From contig MQRK01234723.1 of assembly GCA_001938485.1 (NCBI GenBank), positions 1 through 64,000 on the forward strand: a DNA stretch of 64,000 nt, given 5' to 3'. The translations under genes were made by a program, and so were the position numbers. Origin of the DNA: Girardia tigrina. Its lineage: Eukaryota. Position 1 is the first letter of the stretch; the number at the start of each line of letters is the position of its first letter. Of the stretch, positions 52,735 to 62,906 are shown piece by piece. The notes below the pieces were generated by a model. It was not told where the DNA came from. It did not search any database and was given only the letters and a program-made list of their open reading frames with translations.

Positions 52735-53894
52735 TAGGGGACACATTATTATAACCAACTGATATTTTAATGCTTTTTTTATTATAACCTCCGTATTTTC
52801 TCATGTTTTGATGAAACGATTTTTTAATGCCAATCAGCAACAAGGAGACGTGTCTGGCAAACACCAGGAAGTCAACGAGTGGTGCGTGAAGTCGTCAAAC
52901 ACCCAACCAAAGTCATGTTTTGGGGTGTTATCAGTTCAAAAGGTTCTGGACGTTTGCATATTGTCGATGGTATGATAGAAAAAAATCAATATATGAATGT
53001 TTTGGGCGAACGGATACTGCCTCAACTGCTGCAATGGTCTGATTCAACTGAAAACTGTATTTTCATGCACGATTCAGCTCCATGGATACAAATATTTATG
53101 CAGAATTCACGAATTAGTCAATTTTTTAAAATATTTATTAATTCAATTATTAAATTAATATAAAAAATTCTGCATTTAATATGAAAAATTTTGTATTTAA
53201 AATGAAAATATTTAAATTTCAAATGAAGAAATATAAATTTAATATGCAAAAAGTATCAATTTTATATGTTACCAAGTGTACAAAAGAACTTACAAATAAT
53301 AAGTGCTGATGTTTTTAAATACATTTTGCAAGCTTGTCACGAAGAAGTTGTAATAACTATGAATAAATATTTCACATTAGCCGTCTATTTCGCACATTAA
53401 ATTGAGATTTTTTCACATAGTTCACGAATTCGGCAGTTACACAAAACGGCAAAACAAATTTATATAAAAACATGGAAATATATTTCATATTTTTTTAAAG
53501 TCAAATTAATTAAATTTTAAATGCATTACAATTATGTATAAATGTTCAAAACCTATGGAAATCAATAATAAAGGTGCAAGTTGATCTCAACAACCCCAAT
53601 CACTCGTGATAAACTCCACTTCACTCTCGCTCACCTTCAATCCAGTCCACGCCTCAAATCGAAAGGTCAAATTGAGTGTCGCCGAGTCGTTGATGACGAG
53701 TTTGTCGTACTTCATCATGTCGACATACTTCGTCTTGATCTTCGTCGGCAGAGTGATATCGCTGGACGTCACTGATCGATCGATCGACACGGACAAATAG
53801 AAAGACAACGAAAGCAAATCGACTCACATTGCAGATTGGCCAAACTCGTATAGATCAACTGGAGATAAATGACGAGAAAGATTTTCAAATTCAT
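24122..53894 (-). CDS. BSG: Basigin/neuroplastin (CD147-family) Ig-superfamily membrane protein, ~297 aa, 6 exons: 53828-53894, 53635-53771, 42245-42368, 24717-24797, 24376-24666, 24122-24315
   Basis: All introns GT..AG with compatible phases, 894 nt total; signal peptide [19 protein letters not shown], two Ig domains, diagnostic [34 protein letters not shown] with intramembrane Glu, C-terminal VRHRK. The three 3' exons are firm; joining the 5' exons is my reconstruction. Confidence 0.85.
25150..28280. repeat. Older inverted-repeat (foldback/MITE) arms flanking the hAT
   Basis: ~25165-25250 is a diverged reverse complement of ~28180-28270 (TGGA(T/C)TTGAATTTT(T/A)AAGACAATGC..TTCTA.ACATT.CAATCTCAT). 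Confidence 0.65.
25360..28119 (-). mobile_element. hAT transposon with decayed ZNF862-like transposase (~25760-27400)
   Basis: Ends CAGAGCT / AGCTCTG with G-rich subtermini; [25 protein letters not shown] dimerisation motif, [12 protein letters not shown]; no clean TSD. Confidence 0.85.
30822..31258. mobile_element. hAT-type MITE within a ~40-bp tandem repeat
   Basis: Imperfect TIRs CAGTAGCGTTGCTA / TAGCGACGCCACCG; CAACACGG(G/T)TTCATTCAGATGAATATCCGACA repeated on both sides. Confidence 0.6.
32606..33210 (+). mobile_element. HINE/Helentron-like non-autonomous element
   Basis: T-run then sub-TIR ACCACGTTTTT, GTCTGTTTGTCTGTC microsatellite, 84-bp internal inverted repeat (32936-33019 / 33095-33178, 2 mismatches), 3' sub-TIR AAAAACGTGGT, T-run. 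Confidence 0.65.
33745..34123 (+). mobile_element. 5'-truncated RTE-clade LINE
   Basis: [33 protein letters not shown]-terminus, (GAA)n tail, 10-bp TSD ATCTAGTCAT / ATCTAATCAT. Confidence 0.85.
35850..36468 (+). mobile_element. Mariner transposase remnant
   Basis: [19 protein letters not shown] at ~35983-36040; TIR-like end TTTACTGAACAGACCACGTA. Confidence 0.75.
37679..38548 (+). CDS. UFSP2 N-terminal-domain-like ORF (no protease domain visible), nested antisense in a basigin intron
   Basis: Collinear resemblance to recalled UFSP2 N-terminus: DILLRITG~DILFRIRG, NELVFRI~[23 protein letters not shown]~MTLPVDAVISVAPEET, ILTMILP~LVTISYP; 289-aa open frame, GC-richer. Confidence 0.6.
   Translation: MNLVFIESHNRSDILLRITGRMSFHSFELVNNDNKIDNDNDNRNSSGKSHIFVHPNELVFRIKEQSMKKSIYFSYRINCDWTIDQLIGKIGRQSATISDPIAMDVVISYSDWPRSDNHTTLIVTFTPVDSMRHSNKIDLSIDVLLFVDPAETKCTSVGELHRSAVAKINQMIGNYRRSLEYLLLLSSSIGGQRRRKIDKLIALRFQIGIDEILTMILPDCEWDDEDSWKRTISAENTVEHVYEFPVLRESEDSSYILVLVVVRPKTAAPIGILPCDSRSRQSTKHSNIN
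42561..43539 (+). mobile_element. Mariner element remnant
   Basis: [32 protein letters not shown]-like motifs with stops; right TIR ACATGAATAACTTTTGACTCAACCTTGTA. Confidence 0.8.
45388..45429. repeat. (AT)n microsatellite (others at 1-24 and 52695-52731)
   Basis: Direct observation. Confidence 0.95.
46111..47581 (-). mobile_element. hAT (Ac/ZBED-like) internally deleted transposon
   Basis: TIRs TAGAGATGG / CCATCTCTA; perfect 8-bp TSD ATCTGAAT; ACCCG subterminal repeats; hATC motif [24 protein letters not shown] at 46415-46693. Confidence 0.93.
47854..47980 (-). pseudogene. EEF2: Elongation factor 2 N-terminal gene fragment
   Basis: Reads [39 protein letters not shown] vs eEF2 [40 protein letters not shown]; one stop and one frameshift. 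Confidence 0.88.
52732..53090 (+). mobile_element. Tc1 fragment
   Basis: TA-CAGTAGGGG start; [28 protein letters not shown]. Confidence 0.75.
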
Positions 53895-55826
53895 TTTGTA
53901 ATCAAATATGATTTAATATAAACATCGACAATTAATGCGTTAAAACAAATCGAAAATTGTTATCGCGTTTTATTAATAATTATTATTTATTATCGAGTAT
54001 TGTAGAAAAATAATAATTATTATTATTTATTATCATTATTATTATAAAATATTGTGAATTAAAATTTTTAAGATAAATAATTTTAATCCGATTTTGGTTT
54101 AGAAAATATTCGTTGTTCGTGCTTCGATGTTTTACAATTTTAATTAGTTTTACTCCATGCTCAATATTTAAATCAATTTTGAGTCGTTTTAACAGTAATT
54201 TGATAATTTTCAAAAAAAATATTCGTTAAAGCTTGTTTTAGCAAATGATCAGTGTACAAGTTTCGAAGATTTCATACATCATCATCACTAATAATTATTT
54301 GTTACGAACATTTTTGAATGTTGATTTAGATTTAATTAAATTATTTTTTTATAATCAAATAATTTAATTAAAACTTGGATTAGAAAATTCGATGTTTTAT
54401 TATAATTTTAAATGAAATATTTTATTTTAATTAAAAGTTGTATAAAACATTATTTTAGTATTAGTTTAACTTAAACTTGATTATTTTGTACGAAAATCGA
54501 ATCAGCTTTCAACAAACGCAATATTCGAATTTGTATAGAGTCTTGTGAACGTTAATTTGATTTTTTTGAAAAATAATTTAGTTCAAACTTGTCTACAAAA
54601 TGATTATTTTACGTGTTTAAATGTTTCGTGCATCATCATCACCAATTATAATTTTTTATGAAAATTCGTTTTAATTTTATTTTATAAAGCATAATTAACA
54701 TTCAAAATTGGCAAGTTAGGCCATTTCAATTTTTAAAAATCTTTAATTATATAATCGTTATCTATTTAATAATTGTTGTAATCAATTTAATATTTGTGCA
54801 ATTAATTTAATAATTCTTACAATCAATTTAATAATTGTGAATAAATTCAAAAAAAATTACAATTTATAAAATAAAAAATTTTGAAGCCAACTTAAGTTTA
54901 TTAAACAGTCATCGTCAGAACAAATGATTTTTCAAACGAAAGTTACTGATAGAGTGCAGTTAGTAACTATTTGTTAATGGTTATGAAATCTTTACTTCAT
55001 CTATGCATCATTTAAAAACTCCGTGGGTTTGAAGATCACGACGAGAATAAGGAGCGTAAATCGCTCGGTAACAGAAATCGTCCAAAGATATTCATGATAA
55101 AAATGATATTTAAAGAAACAAAAATAGATGTCATCGTGACAGATAAAAAAGCTGACACTCTTTGGAAATATTAAGATAAAAGGGATCAAGTAAAAAACAG
55201 TAAGGGATCATATAAAGAAGGATCATATATCATCGAAGTCAAAGTGAGGATCTGTAACTGATGAAAATTGCAGATTTTTGAGCAGAGTGAAACGATGAGA
55301 CAAGGACATTTGGAATGGAGCTCAAATAAATAAAATGAACAAGGTAAATAATGATTTCATGATAAATACGAAGATATCAATAATGATGAATCCAAAAAAG
55401 GAAAGAAATTAATGAAATCTGTGATACCGGTTATACAAATGTGATTGAAAATAATATGCCTGAATAAGTTATTGAAGTGGTAAATTTGTTAGGTTTGATT
55501 TGTAATTTTGTTATTCTAGATTGCGATATTGTCCAAGATGAGAAAATTGTCTAGATATGATATTGAGAAGATAAATGTTTGGAAATATGATTACTGATTC
55601 CAGAAATTCTTGAAAATAATCTAATGTAATTACAGAACCTGATGAAACATTGAGTAAGAGTTCGATCTCCGTGTGATTATAAAAGTGAAGTGTATGAGTC
55701 GTCGATTAAAGAGCTGATACCTTAGCAATCGATATCAGGTTTTAGAGTGAATTTTGGCAAAATTTTGGTGTTCGATTTTGAAACACTTGAGATGAATGAG
55801 ATGAAAGACAGACGACCATTTGATAT

Positions 55827-56490
55827 TATTAGGGTGAACCAAAAGTTTTTTCGTATTTTTATTAAAAATTGAAACATAATTTTACAAGAAATAAAAAACA
55901 TTTAAATTTCAAAGTAAAGACCATTTGAATCTATAGCTTCAACCCATCCATGGGTAAGTTATGCGATCCCGCTGCGGTACCATTGTTTGTTCTTAGAACC
56001 GAAGAACTGGTGACACATGTTTTTGACTTCGGCCAGATTATTGAAGCTGCGACCACGAAGAAAGTGTGCCATTGAGCGGAAAAGGTGATAGTCGGATGGC
56101 GCAAGATAACGGACTATACGCTGGGTGTGGAAGAAGTTCAAAGGCGTCAAGATTTTTGATTTTTTCCTTTGTTTGTTTGGTGGTGTGCGGTTTTGCATTG
56201 TTCTGTTGTTGAAGAACTCGTTTTCGATTGATCAAAGTGGGGTATTTCTCGCCAAGTGCCGCATACATTCGATCAAGTTTGGCGTAGTAAATGTTAGCAT
56301 CAATAGTGTGACCATTTGGAACCACCTCGATGTGAATCACGCCTTCGAAATTCCACCTAATACACAAAAGTGCCTTCCTTGAGAAACGATCTAGTTTCAC
56401 TACCGGTTTAGCCATTTGTCCGAGGTCCAAGCATTGATTTTGTTGGTCTGGATTACTGAAGTAAACCCACTTTTCATCGCAAGTTATAAT
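55827..56490 (-). mobile_element. Mariner (DD34D-type) 3' half
   Basis: WNFEGVIH, QQNNAKPH, HPAYSP/LAPSDYHLFRSM split by a frameshift; TIR-like TATTAGGGTGAACCAAAAGT. Confidence 0.88.
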
Positions 56491-57681
56491 TTATACATTA
56501 ATTTACATTAATAACTTATTAGTAACTATTTAAATCTTTTGCAGAAGGGAAAGTTTAACAAAAAAATTTAGAACTCCATTTTTTGCAATTAAATAGTTAC
56601 TAATAACAATATAAATTTATTATAAAATAAACCAAAACATTATATAATTTAAAAGTTTATGTTTATTTAAAAATGCCTTAATACATTTTTAACTAAAAAA
56701 CTTTTGCGAAATAAAAAGTTATCATTATTTGTATCTCATTCATTAATCACAGATTTGAAAAAAATATAAAAAAATATATCAATCAAAGAAAGATGTTTAC
56801 CGCAGATTGTGAAATACGAAATTTATTGTGAAGATGAGTCTGTTTGTGTTGTTAATATATGTTTTCACGAAAATTGTGGTATTGCTAATATGGTAACCAC
56901 TGCTCATGTGACAACAAACATTATGGGTTATGAATATTTCAATGAATCAGAATGGGATTTGGAATTATAAGTATATCATTAGGGAGAAAAATACTTATGG
57001 GGATTGGGTTTATGACTCCTTTAGCAAAAAATTTTTAGAGACAGATGGTACAAATTATAAAGAAAAATTGAAGGCAGTAAAGAAAATTCTTTGAATGAAA
57101 AATCAAATTCATTGAATCTGACAAAAAAATATGATGTACCTAATGTAGCTATACCATTGTTTTTCTATCAACTGTTCGAATAAAATTGTTTATTTAAACA
57201 TTTTATGCAAAAAAATGAAGAAAAAACATAGTTCCGATGTTTCTAAATGAAGTTAGAGATTGTTTAAACTTTTTAAAACGTTTATTAAACTAAACAAAGA
57301 CCGTTTAAACGTTTAGAAAATTTTAAAACGTGCCCACGTCTAAGTGTGACTGAGGTTCAAAATGTTCTTAACTCTTAAATCGCCTCAGAAAATCACAACA
57401 GCCGTAAAAAGCATTCCTCGTGATGTGATCTTGGTATTCAACAATCCGGTAGATTAGGCAGAATAAAGGAAATGTCTAAACGAAAGAGTACTTCTTGACA
57501 AAGATGAGGAATTTAAACACCTGATCAAATGAACTATATCTGAGCAATAGAAAGAGTTAGTCGAACACTAGAAAGATCATCTAAAAATACTTCAACCGCG
57601 TATCAAACAAGTAGCTTGTACATATATTTCTTACCTTAGAATATTTACTGAGCAGAAGGAACTCGCAGACACATTAAGAAT

Positions 57682-58460
57682 GTGCATCTCGCCACGCCAC
57701 CGACGACACAGAGAGGTGGTAGTTCATTCATATGTCCCACGGAGAACTGTCACAAAAGTTATAAAACTAATAAAGGAATACAACGGCATTTATTAATTGA
57801 TCATCGAATCCAAGGTAATGGTACTACGAACATCCAAGTAGTACAAAGAACAGACATAGAGAGACGTACTGGATTTTTAAACTTGAAAGCGGAACATGAT
57901 ACCCCAGCGTCTGTCGGTGTAACTGATGGAGACAGTCCAGGAGTTATTACTAGTGTGGTGCTGAGTTTTTGACTGGACTAAATAACGAATATGAGAGTGT
58001 TTCACTTTGACTTTACTGGACTAAATAACGAATATGAGAGTGTTTCACTTCCCATTTCTCCGTTGTACTAAGTGCGTTTAGACAGCCAAAAGTTTCAGAA
58101 TCACGGAACAAAGGAACATGACTGGTGATTTCTCAGAGGGCAGCCGAAGCGTGCCCATACATTGATAGCTCGCACTCGTGCATTTGAAGCTGTGTGAGAG
58201 GATTAGAAAACTTTGTATTTGTTAAATGGTTTCTACCGGATACAGAGTCTATGATTCAATACCATGTTATCTGACTTACCCAGTTATCCGTCACAATCGG
58301 AGGAGGCTTAGAAGGTAGAAACGATCATCCAATTTAGTTGCGCTGAGGGATGCCGTGCTGAAAGAAGCCCGAAAAAAAACATGGTACAGCTCGCCGTCCG
58401 TATGATTCATTCAGGTACAGAACAGGTACGTTGTCCCTTCGATAAATAAAGAAAGATGAA
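57682..58460 (+). mobile_element. Retroelement-like remnant with a C2H2 zinc finger
   Basis: FICPTENCHKSYKTNKGIQRHLLIDH; ~40-bp tandem duplication 57973-58050; GC-richer non-coding tail. Confidence 0.35.
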
Positions 58461-60213
58461 ATAACTTAGTATCTGAACTTTATCAAAATTGAATGAATAT
58501 TATTGACAATATTTTAATATACACAATCTTACCCAAGTTTGGACTGACTAGAAAAAGTCGTTTTTTTGTTTTAGTCGATTTTATTATAGTTCTCAAAAAA
58601 TTTTATGTAACGTAATTTTATAGAACTAAATTTCATTAATGACTTTAAAGCGTTGCATTTTATTTCTCTTCTATTTTTGTAGCAAAATGTGATGACTTTT
58701 AAAACATGAAAAAATTGATTATGTTAAAATTTATAACATTGAATGACTTCATGTATTTTTTTAGCTTTAATCGGTTTTTACTCGATGAATCTTTTCTTTG
58801 AAATGTGAACCAACGACCTCGATTGTATTTAGTCGTCGATTGTCTCTCAAGTAATAATAAATATTGATAGTTAAGAATATTTGATACTTGAAATACAATC
58901 GCACATTTCAAAAGATTTTAATCAATATTACTGCTTCAAAATAATGCTCAAAGTTTTGAAAATGACAAGAGAAAATCAAATATCGAAATAAAAACGTTCT
59001 CAGATAGTAATTTTGAATAAAATCGGTCATTCGTAGCCCAAAAATTGCACAAATACTGGGAGTTTCACAGAAAGGGGTGGTCGCGTTGCGATTCCGTTTT
59101 AATTCATTTGTTAAAAATAAAATCAATATTTAAATAATTTAATTAAAATAATTAATTAAAATTAANNNNNNNNNNNNNNNNNNNNNNNNNNNNNNNNNNN
59201 NNNNNNNNNNNNNNNATATATAAGTATATATGTATATGTGTATATATATATAAATAAATATACATATGATCATCGCGTTCATATGGTTTTGCGATGATTG
59301 CTGTAAAACCAGCGCAATGTCCAAGCATTATTTGAAGTCAAAAATATTCTAAATAAATTAAGAACTCAATACAAGCCGATCATTCAAGCGGGATTAAAGC
59401 CACTTCCNCCAGCTACAGTTAAAGCGTTTAATAATACACCGAATTCAGATAATAAATATCAAAGGATTAATTTTGGAGAAAACGGAATACCTTATTCTCC
59501 AGTAAAAATAGAAAAATCTATCGAAAATGAAAAACATAAACCAGTAAATACGTTTCTACACTCAAATGGAAATGAGTCTCCCACCAAAGATTCCAAATCT
59601 AATGGATCTCTTAATCAAATCAATTTAACTTTGCATCACGAAAATTCAGCTGTGGGGAAATCAGTTTTCGTTCCGAAACTAGCGTCATTTTTTACTGTTC
59701 ATCGCAACGTAAACCATTCTGATCATTTTATAATTGGTCGACATTGTGAGCCTCATTTTTGTTTTTGTGTGTGTAATGAATGTGTCATTGGATTGATTTT
59801 TGACAAATGAAATTGAGGAATTTGCTTGTGTGTGTTTGATTTGGTGTTAATGTGAATACATTTCACAGTTTTTAAAAAACAAAAAAAAATTTGCAGTTCA
59901 ATTCTTTCAATTTTTGTAGTTTTTCAATCATGCAAAATAAATAAATCAATTCTGTTTTGTCAAATAAAAATTTTGAAAGTTTCGCTTGAAAAACAATCGT
60001 TGTACAATTTCTTCTTGAAAATGCTTCAAGATAATATTAAATGGNNNNNNNNNNNNNNNNNNNNNNNNNNNNNNNNNNNNNNNNNNNNNNNNNNCGAAAA
60101 TTCAGCTGTGGGGAAATCAGTTTTCGTTCCGAAACTAGCGTCATTTTTTACTGTTCATCGCAACGTAAACCATTCTGATCATTTCATAATTAATCAACAT
60201 TGTGAGCCTCATT

Positions 60214-60404
60214 AGTAGTGAAAAAATACAGAGGGACAGGACACGTACCCAAAAAACTTTTTTAATTCACCTACCAGATTCATCAAAAATGAAGGCTTTG
60301 AACCTGTTTCACAGCTCCAAACCCTTCATTTTGTGATGTAGCTGGAGAGTAAATTAAACAGTTTTTTTGGGTATTTCTCATATCCCCTGTATTTTTTCAC
60401 TACT
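60214..60404. repeat. Imperfect 191-bp terminal palindrome
   Basis: AGTAGTGAAAAAATACAG / CTGTATTTTTTCACTACT, TACCCAAAAAA / TTTTTTGGGTA, AAAATGAAGG / CCTTCATTTT, centre CTGT-TTC-ACAG. Confidence 0.9.
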
Positions 60405-60641
60405 TACATTCAATATACATCTAAAATATACCCAAAACACAACTCAAAAACTAAAACTAAACTAGTCTAAAAAACAGACTAAGAGTATCACAAAGAGTTG
60501 ATATATTCAAAGGATAGTACTCTCGAAGAGTTGAAATCTAAGATGGGGTATCAATAAAAGCAGAGTCTACATTTTAACAAAGGATAGTCGTAGAGTTTTA
60601 AAAATGAAGTCTACATCTTAACAATTTTTATCTATAAAAAT

Positions 60642-61229
60642 ATGATCGATAAACATTTTTGTGTCACATGTTCTAAATTTATTTCAAAAACTAATAAAGC
60701 TAAACATGAAAAGACACAAATACATCATACAAATTTAATTTTAAAACAACAGATTGATAAAGATTTTCAAGAAAAGACTGGTGGAGATCTTCAAACTTTA
60801 TCAAAGAAGTTACCAGATTTTCCATGGTCTAAATATAAAGGAGAACATCATCTACCAAAATATTCATATGCAGGACCTGGAACACGTTTAGATATNNNNN
60901 NNNNNNNNNNNNNNNNNNNNNNNNNNNNNNNNNNNNNNNNNNNNNCCAAAATATTCATATGCAGGACCTGGAACACGTTTAGATATAAGGTTAAACGAAA
61001 ACGATCAACCAAATCCAGGTGAAGAACCTATCAATCGAGTTGATGAAGCAGCTCTAAAACATGATATAGCATATAGAAATAATGACATTCGTTCAAGACA
61101 AAAAGCAGATATTGATCTAATTCAAGATTTAAATGAGATCAAGAAACCAACACTTGGTGAGAGACTAGGAAGATTACTTGTTAAAAATGCAATGAAGTTA
61201 AAGATTATGTTTGGAGGTGAAATAGATGA
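60642..61229 (+). CDS. Partial second copy of the ZnF-PLA2(-integrase) gene, broken by assembly gaps
   Basis: Near-identical to 61515-62050 but 15 codons shorter in the linker; sequence duplicated across the N gap at 60896-60945. Confidence 0.7.
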
Positions 61230-61514
61230 NNNNNNNNNNNNNNNNNNNNNNNNNNNNNNNNNNNNNNNNNNNNNNNNNNATACTCGCTACCGGTTTGAAC
61301 CCGAAGGCGCTCCGATGCACACACAACTTGTTGATGTGCGCGGAGGAGACGCGTCTGTTCCCATAAGCAATAAGAAGACAGAGAGTAATCACCGAGGGAA
61401 GTATGAAGGGATACAAGATAAGTGTGAGTTGCCGTTTAACTCAGGAAAGCGGATGGGGGCTCAGGGCCAACGAAGGTGTCTTAAAACGGAGGGAACACGA
61501 CATATAAAAAAAAT

Positions 61515-62906
61515 ATGATTGATAAACATTTTTGTGTCACATGTTCTAAATTCATTTCAAAAACTAATAAAGCTAAACATGAAAAGACACAAATACATCA
61601 TACAAACCTAATTTTAAAACAACATATTGATAAAGATCTTCAAGATAATAGTGTTGGAGATCTTAAAAAACTAACTTTAGAACATAATACTGGTGGAGAT
61701 CTTCAAACTTTATCAAAGAAGTTACCAGATTTTCCATGGTCTAAATATAAAGGAGAACATCATCTACCAAAATATTCATATGCAGGACCTGGAACACGTT
61801 TAGATATAAGGTTAAACGAAAACGATCAACCAAATCCAGGTGAAGAACCTATCAATCGAGTTGATGAAGCAGCTCTAAAACATGACATAGCATATAGAAA
61901 TAATGACATTCGTTCAAGACAAAAAGCAGACATTGATCTAATTCAAGATTTAAATGAGATCAAGAAACCAACACTTGGTGAGAGACTAGGAAGATTACTT
62001 GTTAAAAATGCAATGAAGTTAAAGATTATGTTTGGAGGTGAAATAGATGAGAATATAGAAAATGATCTCGAAGAGAAGCAAAGTATGAAACTAGTTACTG
62101 AACTTCATAAAGAATATAGAAAACCCAAAATATTTCTAAAAGTTAAAGTGTTTAACAAAGATGATATTTGGGGAGCAGATTTAGTTGAAATGAAAAAAGA
62201 TGATGATTATAAATATATCTTAACTATTATAGATTTATACACAAAATATGCATGGGCTTTCCCATTAAAAAACAAAACAGGAAATACTATAAGAAATACA
62301 TTCGAAGAGTTATTCGAACAAGAACCAGATAGAATTCCTAAAAAACTATATGTTGATCATGGATCAGAATTCTATAATAAAACATTTTTAGATTTCTTAA
62401 AACTAAACAATATAGAAATATATTCAACATTCAATCAACCAGATGAAAGAAGTCAAGGACCATCACATAATCCAGTTATAGAAAGATTCAATAGAACATT
62501 AAAAAACTATATGTGGAAAGAGTTTACAATACAAGGAAATCAAAAATGGTTAAAGATATTACCAAAGTTATTAGATTATTACAATCATAAAGTTCATAGA
62601 ACAATCGGTGTTTCTCCTGAAGAAGCAAGTGATAATCCTGATTTAATAAAAGAAAGAGTAGAACAAAATAATAATACAAATGATGATATGATAGATATCC
62701 AAAAATTTAAAGTAGGTGATCATGTGAGAATCTTTAAATGGAAGAATAAGTTTGAAAAAGGTTTCACACATAAGTGGTCTAAAGAAGTCTTTGTTATAAG
62801 TGATGTTCATAAAACAAAACCTATAGTCTATTCAATTATTGATCTAAATGGAGAGAAGATATTAGGAAGGTTTTATAAAAATGAATTACAAAGATCATCT
62901 TTTTAA
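61515..62906 (+). CDS. Zinc finger - parvovirus-type phospholipase A2 - retroviral-type (rve) integrase fusion, 463 aa
   Basis: CVTC..HEKTQIH; LPKYSYAGPG, PINRVDEAALKHDIAY, RQKAD; WGADLVEM, IDLYTKYAW, YVDHGSEF, VIERFNRTLK, YNHKVHRTIG, FKVGDHVRI, GRFYKNELQ. Confidence 0.92.
   Translation: MIDKHFCVTCSKFISKTNKAKHEKTQIHHTNLILKQHIDKDLQDNSVGDLKKLTLEHNTGGDLQTLSKKLPDFPWSKYKGEHHLPKYSYAGPGTRLDIRLNENDQPNPGEEPINRVDEAALKHDIAYRNNDIRSRQKADIDLIQDLNEIKKPTLGERLGRLLVKNAMKLKIMFGGEIDENIENDLEEKQSMKLVTELHKEYRKPKIFLKVKVFNKDDIWGADLVEMKKDDDYKYILTIIDLYTKYAWAFPLKNKTGNTIRNTFEELFEQEPDRIPKKLYVDHGSEFYNKTFLDFLKLNNIEIYSTFNQPDERSQGPSHNPVIERFNRTLKNYMWKEFTIQGNQKWLKILPKLLDYYNHKVHRTIGVSPEEASDNPDLIKERVEQNNNTNDDMIDIQKFKVGDHVRIFKWKNKFEKGFTHKWSKEVFVISDVHKTKPIVYSIIDLNGEKILGRFYKNELQRSSF

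Noticed and set aside
53587-53610. DWGC as the UFSP catalytic motif belonging to the 37.7-kb ORF
   Set aside because: Opposite strand, and lies in intron sequence after the basigin exon 2 donor
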